Positions 40,214 to 53,708 of a stretch of DNA of 64,000 nt are shown here, one piece after another. The stretch is from Paraphysomonas bandaiensis (Eukaryota; Protista; Chrysophyceae): positions 34,778-98,777 of the forward strand of contig CBFFRP010000323.1 of the NCBI GenBank assembly GCA_965644295.1. Reading direction: 5' to 3'. The first letter of the stretch is position 1; every line of letters begins with the position of its first letter. A model generated the notes under the pieces. It had not been told where the DNA came from. It did not search any database and worked only from the letters and a program-made list of their open reading frames with translations. The position numbers were made by a program, and so were the translations under genes.

Positions 40214-40448
40214 TGTAGGCCTGTAGACCACCTGTAGCCTGTAGACCACCTGGTGTAGCCTGTAGACCACCTGTAGCCTGTAGACCTCCTGGTGTAGCCT
40301 GTAGACCACCTGTAGCCTGTAGACCTCCTGGTGTAGCCTGTAGTAGCCTGTAGACCACCTGTAGCCTGTAGACCTCCTGGTGTAGCCTGTAGTAGCCTGT
40401 AGACCACCTGTAGCCTGTAGACCACCTGGTGTAGCCTGTAGACCTCCA
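40214..40448 (-). repeat. Minisatellite of mixed 18/21-bp units (GGTCTACAGGCTACA core on the minus strand)
   Basis: Read directly; produces the spurious GGLQATP ORFs. Confidence 0.9.
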
Positions 40449-40508
40449 CTCCGGCTATCGTGATATCTAGATATGAACAGCGCAGTCAGAGTGTAGAATA
40501 TTAAAATA

Positions 40509-42223
40509 ATGGAAGTGTTTTTTGAATATGACGATGAGGAGTTTTCTCTTCGTGGTGCTGATGGAGACTGGACAATGGGACACTTGAGAAGCCAGATTCA
40601 TTGTCGGCTGGAGCTCAGCGACAACGAAAGATGTTTCACTCTATCTCACGGAGGTCGGAGCGTTTCTGCCCAAATGAAATTGAAAGATATGGATATCAGC
40701 GTGCTGTTTCACTACCACAGAAAAGAAACTGACAATCCTACAAGTGATCGACCGTTGCAGGTAATGAGTATTTCAGACTGCCGCAGTGGTCGTGAAGTTA
40801 AATACCGTGACTCAGGTGGCCCACAGCTGTCACACACTATTGTCTTATCAGGGATGGCGTACTGAATATAGAAACTAACACAATTGAGTGGAGGGATTCT
40901 TTACCTCTTTTCGAAAACAAGAAATCTCTCTTTGTTCGAGCGGCTTACTCTGATATCTATGAATCTATACTCCTGTCAAAGAAGCCTCGCAACGTAGTGA
41001 CGGGCGTGCCCGGAATCGGAAAATCTCTCTTCTGCTTGTATTTTATTTGGCGATATATTAGGGAAAACTGTAATGTTCCTTTTCTTTTGGAATTTGTAAA
41101 GGACGAGATCCAATTATTTGGTCCTGATTGTCACGAGGTGCTCACTCGTTTACAGTGCACTGGCAAGAAAAGTCCTTATTTTGTAGACATTCACGAAATC
41201 AATGAACCCGCTACAAATGTTGGGTCTTTCGCAGTTGTGTTTAGCTCCCCACACCCAGGACGGTTCAAGCAGTGGATAAAGAATCCTGACCTGTGCGATC
41301 GATATGTTTTGCCCATATGGTCGCTCCCTGAACTTCAACGACTAAGGCTAGTTCTTTTCCCATCGATTTCTTGCGAGGATGTGAACTTCCGTTTTTCACG
41401 AGTGGGTGGTGTGCCTCGGCTGGTGCTGCAAGGAGGTGACACATGGTTTGACGACTGTCTACAAAATGCAATCGCAAGGAAGGGTGCTGCCATCGCCGAA
41501 TCTTTCTTCATTTCTGGATTTGGCATGAAAGACGAAGATATGCCGTACACGCTTGTTCACATTCATCCTGACCCAGACAACTATTGCACCCGGGTCGAGC
41601 ACTTTACGGTGGCCTCAACTTACATTTGGGAACGCTTGTATCGATTGAACCAACGGTCTATTCTGAGTAAATCGGTTGATTATTTCAATGGAGGTACTGG
41701 GGCATTTGGAGGGTCGTTTGCTGGACATCATTTTGAAAATATTTGCCTTATTGCACTGCCAATTACTGGTAAGCAATTCAGATTAACTTCATTGTGGACT
41801 TCGAAAGGCAATGATAGTTGTGTCAAAGAAAAAACAGTGTCAGTGCCGTCAACTGCACGCGCACTTTCAACGGATGATTGGGACAGGGTCCTATTTGAGA
41901 GCAATGTACATTACATTCCAAACAGAACGAATCTTGATTCAGGAGGCTCTTTTTTTCTGTCTGATGAAGGGATTCTGTATGTGCTGCAGGTAACGGTAGG
42001 AAAATCGCATGTGGTGAATGCACATGGTCTCGAAGTCATAGCCAGTGTGTTTCCTGCTGACCAAGTGCAGGAATACTGCTTGGTGTTTGTGGTACCTTCG
42101 CAAGGCCAATTGGACGCTCCGCAGAATATTACAAGAATGGTGGACGGACGGCAAGTCATAAGAACAACGAAAGTAGTGAGGATGTTTACCGAAAATCAAT
42201 GGAGATTGGAATATTCATTGTGA
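40509..42223 (+). CDS. Crinkler/RHS-type protein: ubiquitin-like header + P-loop NTPase + REase-like domain
   Basis: Ubl-like N-terminus 40509-40760; LFVRAAY, Walker A VTGVPGIGKS, FSSP, LPIWSLPEL, VGGVPR, GHHFE, YIP..N..LQVTVGKSH, LVFVVP; the header-NTPase junction needs an intron or frameshift near 40760-40850. Confidence 0.8.
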
Positions 42224-42984
42224 ATGCTGTACCACAGAGATTATTCACTTCCGGAATTCATTCTCCTTATTTTTTGATTTTATTAAAATTTTCAACATTT
42301 TTCGACATATAATACAGAGTGAAAACTATCTAACCTTTTGTCCGTATGAGCAAAGTTATGATTCCCAAATTAAGGTGTGAAATTATTTATGGTAAGTGTT
42401 TTTAACTTGAAAAACATAAAATGCAGAATCCTCACATCTCTCCAGATCAGGTTTGCATTCACAAGAATGCGGAGAAATTCGTGATAATTAGTTGGACTAA
42501 CATTCTCTGATACTCCCATCAGAACCGATGACTTTGCTTTAAGAATTTCGAATTAAATAGGATAATAAAAATATTATAAAAAAATAGAATATTTCATTTT
42601 GTAAATAATTTTTGTCTTGTAAAGAAACATAGTAGGGTGTAAAGAGTACGTAAGTTAATTGCTAATATTGCTTTTGATTATTCATTGAAATCACTATTTT
42701 CAAATAATGTTCCAAGAATCGCTAAAAGACTAATTTAGTTGCGTATAGTTCTATGGGATAGAACTGTAGAATGCGTTAAATATAATGTGAAAAACTGTAA
42801 CACGTAGTCAAAAGTACTCTACAGCTATAACTGTGAAACTGAAGTATCATGACGATTCAAGATACGGAAGTTGATCAGTGGTTGACACGAAAGAAATATG
42901 AAATTATGTTGTTGATAATATGTTTTACATGACAATGCATAATTACGTATGCAATAATAATCATCTAACTAATCTAACGACATA

Positions 42985-43450
42985 AAGTCGGACTCGCCCC
43001 TTTTCGTGGTGTTCTGGGGGATAAGTACCGGAGAGATTCTTTCTTGGAAACTAACGTGGGCCGCAAACATGGACAGCAGATATTCTTTTGTCCACTCATA
43101 GCCGAATGCTTGTATGGTACAAGAATGGACACAAATAAGTGTTACTTGTGTAGACGTCTTTGGGCCCTAACGAATAAACAGGCATCCGGGACAGGGCCCA
43201 CCTAAAGGGTAACCGGGGTATTGGGCTGCCTGCTGAAGTAAATCATCCGGGATGTTCACCTTAAGAACTCAGAGCGGAAGTGGTCGCACCTTGGTGCTTG
43301 CGGCACAAGCAGATTCCGTAGCGTTAAATAGTAGGATAAAAAAAGTGTGTACTGATTAGTTACAGGTAGGTCTAACTAGTTTGTCTAGCATTCATCTAGC
43401 TAGTAAGTTGGTGCAGGTTTTTAATGCTTATTTCTAATAATAAGACTTTC
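42985..43450 (+). repeat. Dispersed repeat family B copy (left arm of an inverted pair)
   Basis: Approximate reverse complement of 44115-44640. Confidence 0.8.
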
Positions 43451-44114
43451 AATATATAACGACATAACTTTTCTTTTACGGTCTAAATTATAAAAAGACT
43501 AAAAGTCAATACTGCATTACTAGAGAATGTTCTTGAGCATTTGAAAGTAGTACTAAAACATGCTATTATTCTTTGGAACTATTTTATAAAATTTTACTAA
43601 GAGCAATTTTACGGTTGTGTTCATTCCACCAACATTATACCATTCAAAAGTAAGGGTGGAAAAACGAAGTTTTTTCCTGTGTGAGAAGCAGCCCACTCCA
43701 GTATGAGTCGGGATCTCTCTGCCCATATTTTTTCAATAATCTCACTGTTGAAGCCAGAGCGCTCAATAACAGACCAAGATATTTATTCCTGGTTAGCTTG
43801 CCGCCACTCATTGACAAGTACTGCTGTCTCTGTTGTCTGTTGTCGACAGACCAGAGCAAGTGCACGATAAACACTCACTGTCGCTTCGATGTAATTCTGC
43901 AAATTAACTTTTTCTCGTTGGCCTTGAGAGCTTATTTTGCATGGCCGTTTCGGATCACGCCTGCACATGTTTTGCGTGCGGTTGCCACAATGATTCTATA
44001 ATTAGGAGTGATACGGAACGTACACTACAAGGTGTTATCAAAATCTATGAAAACCCCTTTACCTCGACACATTATTTTCGATGACATGTGTCATCATACT
44101 CAGACCTATATATT

Positions 44115-44640
44115 GAAAGTCTTAATATTAGCAATAGGAGTTAAGAATCAGCGCCAGTTTAGTAGCTAGGAGAAAATCAGTCAAGCTAGATAGATTTCTA
44201 CCTGTAACTAACTTGTACAAACACTATTATCCTACTATTTCACGCTACGGAGGCTGCTTGTGCGTCGCCACAAGCACCAAGGTGCAACCACCTCCGCTCT
44301 ATTGCTCAAAGCAAACGCCGTGAGCAAGCAGAATGTTGATATACCTGACATATACTGACTTCAGGTTTTCTGAGTCCTTAAGGTGAACATCCCAGATGCT
44401 TGACTTTAGTAGGCAGCCCAATATCCCGGTTACCCAAACAATTCGATTTGGGTTAGCCTGTTTTTTTGTCAAGGCCCAAAGACGTCTACACAAGTAACAC
44501 TTATTGATGTCCCTTGTACCACACAAGCATTTGGTTTGAGTGGGCAGAACAGTATCTGCTGTCTGTTTCCCGGAGAAATATCTCAGGTACTTATCCCCCA
44601 GAACACCACGAAAAGGTGTGAGTCCGACTTTGTTGAGGGT
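44115..44640 (-). repeat. Dispersed repeat family B copy (right arm of an inverted pair)
   Basis: Contains CTTGTGCGTCGCCACAAGCACCAAGGTGCAACC and GTACTTATCCCCCAGAACACCACGAAAAG. Confidence 0.8.
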
Positions 44641-46140
44641 ACTCAGACAAAACCTCTTTTGGAGGACAGCCAATTACAGAATAACAGTAATCTGATGACA
44701 GATCTCATTTGTCTCATTCCAGTAGCAAGTGTGCACGGCCCTGTATGGATGTAAACTGACTCTCCATATTGAAAAGTTTCACTAAACTGTTTGCAATTTC
44801 GGAGCCTCCAAGAAGGCGCCTTGTACCCCCTTCCTCTTATTGCGGTGCTCATCACTCTGATTCTCCTTTTATGGACCTGATTGCTCTTTCTTCCCTTGTC
44901 AAGTCTAATACAGGTTATGCGATGAAAAAGAGTTTTCTTGAAAAAGCTGAAATATCTTGTTTATTTACGATTCCCTCTGTATGTTTTAAGGCTAAACGTA
45001 TTGGAATTATTCATAAAAGTAATGAGTTATATAGATGTAAAGCTGTAGTTACAGCAAAAAGAAATTTAGTTCAAGTTTATTTCTTAATAGCTAAAATACA
45101 CCAGAAGTAGTATCCTGGTTGATGCCCGAAGTTGATTGAAGTAAACAGTAATAAAACAAAAGCTCACTCAACTATCTGTGATACCAGGACATCATACTTT
45201 TAACCCTACTAATAAGGCGGGTCCTGGTTTAATCTTGCAGCTCCTTCTACATAAAATTGCCGAATAGCTGGTTGTTACATTCAATTGACTAACAGTTGTG
45301 ACAACCGCTTCTCCTCATTGATTATGGTGTTATTCAGTGCAGAGTGATCTCTATGTAAGCACGTATGCCATAAAACTAATACCACAGAAGCTTCATATTC
45401 GTAGTGTGAAAGCATATCCATATACAAGTACATGGGTGCGGATATCATCCCTGTGCAACTATCGTTCCCTCAGCGGAGGGTATCTGGAGAGGTTTATGAG
45501 GTTGAAGCTATAGATGAACATTCAAGTGATCACAAGCCGCAACACATTCAACTCCACATCTCGGTAAACAGAGAGACTCACTCATGGGGTCACTGAAGCA
45601 CATACTGGAGACTTCCTCCAGCAGTACGTGCACTGCTGCTAGCCATCTTTTAGCTAAACGTACATGAGAATGCTCACCCTGCAGCAAATGGCATGCTACT
45701 TATTGAGCAGAGATGATTGTTGAGTGAGTTGACGGGGGTGGGTGGAGTGAGTGATGTAGCTACACGCACGAAAGTGTAGAGTAGATAGTGTATGTACATG
45801 TACTGCTGTACTCTGCATATGTGTACTGTATGACATGATGTGCGTACACTCACTCTGTGTGTATGTATGTATGTATGTATGTATGTATGTATGTATGTAT
45901 GTATGTATACAACTGGAAGACGATTTTTTTACGCAGGCAGGCACTGTTTTTTTTAGCTTTGTGGGTTGTCCTCCATTGCACTTCAAGAGTTGAAGATGGC
46001 GGAAATGAGATCTGTCGCATGTCGCATGTAGTCATGCACCTGCATGCTGATCAGCCTAACATACACTATATCATGCACATACACTATGTCTTGGCTCATG
46101 TCGAGTATCTATCTGATGTGATTACCTGGTAACAGTTACC

Positions 46141-47173
46141 ATGCGAGTCTCGTCAGATGATAGTGAAGACAGAAGCAAGGGGCCGGAGAGGTACGTTGCT
46201 TACCTGCGCAGCATGAGAGTCGCTCTTTCGACAAAAGCTGAGCGATATCTGGCGTACTCTAGATTGATGAGGCAAGGGAAAGGCATCAGTAAGCTACTAT
46301 CAAACTCAAGGTATATCGGTTGACTTCCCATTCAATTACTAACGAGGACATACTGATAGAATGCTCAAGCGAAGTGCCGATATTGGTGATGCTGTGCGTC
46401 CAATTTCACTCCCGACTGTATTTTATTCCCTGACCAATGGTAACTGTTGATATAAGTCAGATTTTCTCCTGAGTAATTCACTCTTTTGGAACTATTTGTA
46501 GCTATCACTGCTACATACGTTTTGTATGAAGTATATCACGCATCTAGCACGATATATACACGAACTGGAAGCGTGAAGGCAGCAGGGTACTGAACATATC
46601 CGATTATTGTCTGTTCTGCGATGCCAATACCCATGTTTATAGTTCATGCAAGAAAATAGCGTTGTGGGCAATGCGTATTATATTTAACATGTCTAAATAA
46701 TTAACAAGGTTTCTTGCCTGTAGGATTGCTGGTGTACGGACATTTGTGTTCGAATGCACCGCGTCAGTTCTCCTTCCCTCTGCGCTAATTCACATCGTAG
46801 TTCATTCTGCTCAAAACTTTTTATCCCGCCATCGCACCATCGGCAACACTCTTTTCAATCGAAGCACTGCATCTACGCATGTACTGCACAATAAATTGGT
46901 GACTAGATTTCCAGTCTACGTGCCATCTATATTGGGTCTACTTTGTGTGCCCCTCCTGCCGATGGTAAGACGCTATATCTGAATAATTCTGGAATGGCAC
47001 TCTTTATGTTCATTGTATTTAGATTATAGACCCCCCTGTCGAAGCAATCGTGGACCGCATTTTTGATAAGGTCAATTCAGTATTTACATGTGTTGTATAA
47101 TATTTTGGAAACCGTCTCCTTCTGATTTGTCAATATCTGTCAGGCGTTTTCACATATGGACAACCAGACATGA
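46141..47173 (+). CDS. MTFP1: Mitochondrial fission process protein 1 (MTP18)-like, multi-exon
   Basis: RYLAYS..DIGDAVRP..ITATYVL..VFECTASVLLPSALIH..VPSILGLLCVPLLPM-IDPPVEAIVD. Confidence 0.7.
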
Positions 47174-48405
47174 TAACAATAGACCGAAAATTGGGCTAGA
47201 AGTTGTAAATCTATTCTATATATAAACGTGCGTCGAAGAAATAATTTGATGTTTAGCTGCCAGTGTACTATTTTAACACCATTTTACTTAACTCTGTGGT
47301 AACGATATAAACCGACTTGGTAGTATACTGGACACTGGACACACATGTATATACATGTTTTTCGAAGCTTACAACATGAACTTCCAACCAAGTATGTAAC
47401 TTTTTGAGATAATAAGTGTATTTTTAATGTAATATATTTTACTTATTTTATAGATTAATATAACTAAAAACAGCTCCGTTTATAGAGTGCGTTATATGAA
47501 GCGTAGTGTAATGGAAGATAAAGGAAGAGAAAAATCCCATTTTTCATACCTTTAATACACCAAACTTTATGTTAAACTTAGAAGAATAATAACCTTGAAG
47601 ACAGTCATTACCTCTGCCTCTATACGACCTGTCCATCCGAGTTGATGTTTCATAATCCGTAGCGCTTGGGACTTCTTGATCCGTAGCTGCTTGGAGGAAG
47701 TGTACTACCCTTGCTGTAAACCTATTCTTTCCATAGGTTGTATAGGGTACAAACACCTATACCTCAGTAACGCTAGCGCGATTCCTCACGTCAGTAATAC
47801 TCCTTGGTTGAGGGTCTTTATAATAGTCATGACACATGCACCAAATTAAGCTCAAAGACATGTTTGCATATTCTGTAGACAGAGAAATAGCGCTGAAACG
47901 ATTATTGGGACCTGATAAATCCAATGGGTCAGCCCTTGGCTCAGATGGAGTGAAGAAAGGGGCATCAAAGCAGTGGGGTCTGCTGGGGATCTTAGAGGCA
48001 GTCTCGGAGATAATTTCTGGCCTAAACCACCTAAACGATCGATTCAACGACTCTGCTGGGATATCTTGACCTTATCCTTTGATTATGGGGGTCTACTATG
48101 CTTAATTTGAGTATCAGTGTCTCCATCAGCCTCAGGGCCATCTTCAAAGGACCCTCTGCCGCGTTTTAATTGTTTCCTCGACATCTAAGAGTCCCTAAGA
48201 GCACTGACATCTAAGAGCCCCTGAGAGCACTGAGGGTATTATTCCAATCGTCAAGAGCATGTATTGTTACCATAAAAGTCTGATAAATCGGCATTTAATG
48301 GGCTGTTTTGTATAAAATCAAAGTATTTCGATTGCTAAAATGCAAAAGTTACGGAATAGAAGATACTTTTTCATGTTTTTTCATGATTTTTGCCCTATCG
48401 GCAGT

Positions 48406-48538
48406 CAGCATCTTATTTTTCGGAAATAAATTGAAGTAAGTATACTCTATATTACTGATATACAACTACGGCTGGAATACAGACAATTATTGTCTCAATA
48501 TTAGAGGCATCTTGAAACAAAAATATACAAAGGATGCC
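48406..48538 (-). promoter_or_regulatory. 133-bp conserved upstream element, copy 3
   Basis: As copy 1; about 180 bp before the inferred DHHC ATG. Confidence 0.6.
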
Positions 48539-48715
48539 GATACGTCTCCAGCAGTAGCGTAGTATGTGGTAGGGTGGAGTATTGTACGTGGTGTGGTAAG
48601 GTGCATACAGAGGCCGGCATATTTAGAGAGTTGGACAGCTCAACAATCGACTTATTGTGCCAGTCTGGTCTCGAAAAAGCGACTCTGAATGAGATGAGAC
48701 TTCCTAGGTGCGGAG

Positions 48716-50904
48716 ATGTCGGCACCTCCCACAGGCAAGTGTTACAGACATGTATTTCATGTACAGTACAGTGTATAGGCCAGTGCTTACAGTATGATGT
48801 GGTTTGACCGGCATGTATGGTGTATGTGTGTATGGTAATAGTTCGCATGTTTGGTTTTGATGTGGATGAATATGCAGACAAGTCAGCATGTTTTGGTATG
48901 GGGTTGATTGTAGTAGAGCATAGCATAGCATAGTATCGTGTACTGGTGTTGGTCTTTCGCGTGTTGTGACTGAGAATATGTAGCTCCGTATACTGGTTAA
49001 ATAGCGAGCCATGCGGGTTCATGTGCGGCATGATGACCTGGGCCCTCCTGGGGTTTGCTATGTACACCACGACAAATTCTGTCATCCGCCCGTGGCTGGG
49101 ATTCGGCGCTCACGGGTTGTTTCACACTATCCTGTTCAATACCCTATGTTCAATAGCCATGTACACGCATTATGCCGGTGCGTACATGCCTCAGAGTAAT
49201 GTATAATTTTTATTCATCCTTCCACAGCCATGACGACGGATCCAGGGGCTGTACCGAAGGACGCGCGACCGCTGCCGACAGATGATCAGGAATACGACCC
49301 AGAAGTGGTAGATAGGTACTTATGCAGTTCGATTGTCACAATGCCTTCTAATCGTGATGTCTCTGTCTGGAACTTGCTACGCTTTTGGTCATCAGTCAGA
49401 ATAAGTATAAAAAATACTGCAAGAGATGTCGCGCATTTAAGCCGCAGAGAGCTCACCATTGTAGCATATGTGAAAGGTGTATTATAAAGGTACAGCAGCT
49501 AATTCGACCGACTTGTCATAATATATTTCCTTCTGTCATGTGGCTGTAGATGGACCACCACTGTCCTTGGGTGAACAATTGCATAGGCCTTGGCAACCAC
49601 AAACTCTTCATGCTGTTTTTGTTTTGGGTTTTCGTTGTCAGCGTTTACGCTATCATTCTTTTGTCTGCAAAAAGTCTCACCTGCTCTATGCGCAAAACGT
49701 AAGTGCGTAGTCAACTTGATATTCATGCGTATGTATATATCTATTAAATTATGAATACATAGTGCGTATGTATTACGTTTGAATGTCCACTCACATGTAT
49801 GCATCAGAGTGAATGTTTGTGTATCTGGAAGCGTAGTGACACGTCTTCTGTTAACTATCATAGGGCGAAACACTATTGTGGCGGTCCCTCGAATTCTGTT
49901 CTTAGCATTGTCTTGCTGGTTGAAGCTATTTTGTTTGGGCTATTCACATTATGCATGATGGCTGATCAGAGTGAAGCAATCTCTAGTAATCAAACGCAGA
50001 TTGATAGACTAAAAAACGAAAAACATGACATACAGGTCAGTGCTGTTAATCTTCGCAGTGATTTTCTGTGAGTTGTTGCAATTGTGTTGTCATTGTGGGG
50101 TCGTTTTTGTGGTTTGATAGTTGTATCTTGTTTCCAGACGGCTGTCAATGAGGTTTTTGGCACTCCTAGTACTGTTAGGTATACAAGAGTTGTTTTGTGC
50201 ATAAAATAATGCGTTGTTTCATGACCTGGGCTTGTGTTTCATTATTTATTTATAGTTTCAGCTTTTCTTGGCTGATCCCCATTAGAGCCAAATTTCCTCC
50301 AGAGTACGTCGACGTTATTCATGGATATACATTGCAGCGAGGCAGTGTAGGTGGCAGTGACATAGACAGGTTCGTTGTCATGTCCAAGCTTTCGAAGTGG
50401 TACATATTGTAACATGTTTGCTGTACTTACAGAGATTCAGAGATGATGCCCCTCACTCAGCATGTGCATGACCAAACGACATGCGGTGATGATTTTGCAT
50501 ACAGTGAATGTATCGAACCAGATAATGATGTAGTTGTTGCCTTGCCCAATTCGAACACGGTAGATCACTTGTAATTTTGTACTCTGCTCTTTAATCTTAA
50601 TATACAACAGGAGCGTCTGCTTCCCCCAGGATCCAATGCGACTACGAGCAGATCAAGCTCATGTAGCAGTTTAGTAGACGGCGAAAATCAGCCTGTTACG
50701 GGTGCTTCTGTCGCCTTATCGCGGTCTTCAAGTAGCAACAGTACATCCACGACTCCTATGCATGGGACGAATGTGCGAATGGGGAGCAGTACCTCTAACG
50801 GATGTGTTACGCAGCACAGTGTCCGAAAACGTGGTGTGACATCTACTACAGCTTCTGGTGTCATATCGTATACTGCTGCTGCCGACACAATCAGCAAGCA
50901 ATAA
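48716..50904 (+). CDS. DHHC palmitoyl acyltransferase, multi-exon
   Basis: [64 protein letters not shown]; the first exon at 48716 is inferred. Confidence 0.93.
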
Positions 50905-51589
50905 CAGCAGATGTAACTGTGCATCTCATATTGGACCTACCATATAGCTATATAACACACTCTCTACGAGATACTATTTATTGTGATATTGCCGTCATAA
51001 GTAATAATTATTAGTGGTGTATTTCCTGTGCCACTGTATTGTGGAAGAAAGAAGCACAGCAAATTGAAAATAGAAGCCGACGAAATTAAAATGCGAGGAT
51101 ATATATCCCATGTATTCTCGTAATAAAGCTCTAATTGTAAAACAATTGGACTTCTTGGGATGTATTATCCAACAATGTCAGAATGGTTGAAATCTCTCGT
51201 CACTCCAATTTCTGTATAACTACGTCGAAGTAGATGAAAAACCTCGTCACGAATTCATTAAACATTAGAGATCAACAATAAGAAGGCTGATTATCTGTTT
51301 ACAGGTGTTCATAAAAAAATCTCGTTCGCAGAACAACTTACTCTATTTATCTCTTAAAATCCATGTTTGCACAACTTATTTATACAAATATACCCTAATC
51401 GAATAGTTTCACAATCAAATGAAAATTGGCAGTCTGCCTGCCTCAATTCCAAGCAGGCATGATGAGCTTCATGTAATCTCTATCGTCGGTTTCGTACCTC
51501 TTCGTGGTGTCTGGAGTATATTAGGATTCATCTTAATATAAAATAGTATATGTAAAATATAATGTTCAATGAAATATAATAGTATGTAT

Positions 51590-52210
51590 CATGAACTGAA
51601 TTAATGGAAGTAGCTGTTGAAGATACTTGATCGTCATTGTCAATTATACTTCTAACTATTCCGTTGTGTGTGATAGTTATGTTCTGCATTATTATTCACT
51701 TCCTACTACGTTATTGTGTTCATCACTTTATATTTATTGTAGACTCTAATAATCACAACATTGTTCTTACTGTTACTAAGCTTAAATGCTTAAATCTGCA
51801 TTGGAGATAAGTACCGGAGAATTTTTTTCTCCGGGAAACTAACGTGAGCTGCATATATGGACGACATTCTGCCCACTCATAACCAAATTCTTGTTTGATA
51901 CAAGGGACACTAATAAACAGGCCTCCCGGGAATCGGCCCAACTCAAGGGCATCCAGGCTGTTCACCTCTTAAAGACTCAAAAATCCTGAAGTCAGCAGAT
52001 GTCAGGTATATATCAACATTCTGCTTGCTCACACTGCGTTTTTGCCTTGAGTGCTAGAGCGAAAGTGATTGAACCTTGGTGCTTGCGGTGACGCATTTGT
52101 GGCGTTAAATAACAGTAAGGTATCAGAGTTAAGCACCACTAGTTAGTTAAATTGCAATGCTAAATTAGTTCTGACTCTTACATGCCTATTGCTAATAATA
52201 ATAAGACATT
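51590..52210 (+). mobile_element. LTR-like fragment (matches 60523-60705) followed by a family B copy
   Basis: ATGAACTGAATTA..CTTCTAACTATTCCGTTGTG..CTCTAATAATCACAACATTG is shared with the pre-gag region; then GATAAGTACCGGAGA.. of family B. Confidence 0.65.
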
Positions 52211-52874
52211 CACTAAACACGTAGTAAACAACACCAATGTTTTTTCACGAGGCTAATATGGGACTTCAAGCCGACCTGGGCATGAAACGGGGTAAAATAT
52301 TTGTAGCAAAATGTTCCCCCACGTATTACTAAAAGATCGTATGAGAATGATAACATGAATATGGCGATTGACAATGATGCATGATAAGTAGACATATTGA
52401 TCTTAATTAAACTTTACTGTAGTTTTACTATTTTATAAATCTCAGCATAAAGAGTGAAGTCTTGTTCAATTATTACGTCATTTTCTAACAAAATTCTTTT
52501 ATAACAGACTTCATTGTCATGTTGTATGTATGTTGTGTATAATGTATTATGATAGTGTGTCAAATACTGCGCTATATTTCCCTAAATTATGAGTCAAAAA
52601 ATGAGTTGTCTGTTAAAGCCATTGTGGCACGCACAACGTTAATAGATAGTACGAAGTAATAATTCGCTAGTAGTCTTATGTACGTCAGATAACAGGCGTA
52701 TAAAGGCCAGATTCTGTGGCTACCGGTACACGGTATATATACGACCGGAATAGACATTCACGATAACTAAGTAATATTATGATGGTATATACAGCAGGCG
52801 TTTTATAAGGATACTATTAGAGTTTATAGGGTACCAAGGAGTTTTATATTTATATATGGGTATAACTAGAATAT

Positions 52875-53708
52875 GTACCACTATGCCATCTCACTATATA
52901 CCACTATACTATTTCACTATACACCCGGATACCATATATATCCCACTATATACCCATATACCATCTCACTATATTATACCACTACACCCCATCTCACAAT
53001 ATACCCATATACCACATTACTATTCACCACTACACCCCATCTCACAATACACCCATATACCACATTACTATTCACCACTACATACCATCTCACTATATAC
53101 TACTATACCATCCCACTATACAGTATATACCAATACACCATCTGATCTCACTATACACCACTGTACCATCTCACTATACACCACTATACCATTTAATTAT
53201 ATACCACTATACCATCTCACTATACATCACTATACATACCATCTCACCATATATACCACTATACCATCTAACTATGCTAATATACCATCTCATCATACAT
53301 ACCATACCATCTAACTATATATATCACTATACCATCTATCTCACTATATGCTAATATACCATCTCACTATACATCACTATATACCATTTATTATATACCA
53401 CCATATCATCTCACTATATACCACTATACTCACTCACTATACACCATCATCACTATACCATCTCACTATACATCACTATATACCATCTAATAACTATATA
53501 TGCTAATACACCATCATCTCACTATATACACCCATTTACCATCTCACTATACATATCACTATAGCATCTCACTATATTATACCACTACACATACCATCTC
53601 ACTATATTATACCACTACACATACCATCTCAGTATATTATACCACTATATATATACATACCATCTCACTATACATACATCACTATTTTCCATCTAACTAT
53701 ATACCATT
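52875..53708. repeat. Complex satellite with ATACCATCTCACTAT core
   Basis: Dozens of degenerate copies, almost G-free on the + strand; short reverse-complement patch at about 15345-15427. Confidence 0.92.

Noticed and set aside
40065-40448. Possible CRISPR-like array or repeat proteins (GGLQATP, STGYRW ORFs)
   Set aside because: No unique spacers and no cas genes; the ORFs are by-products of units with lengths divisible by 3
47544-48190. Coding-like minus-strand fragments
   Set aside because: Interrupted, with no diagnostic motif; perhaps a TE relic
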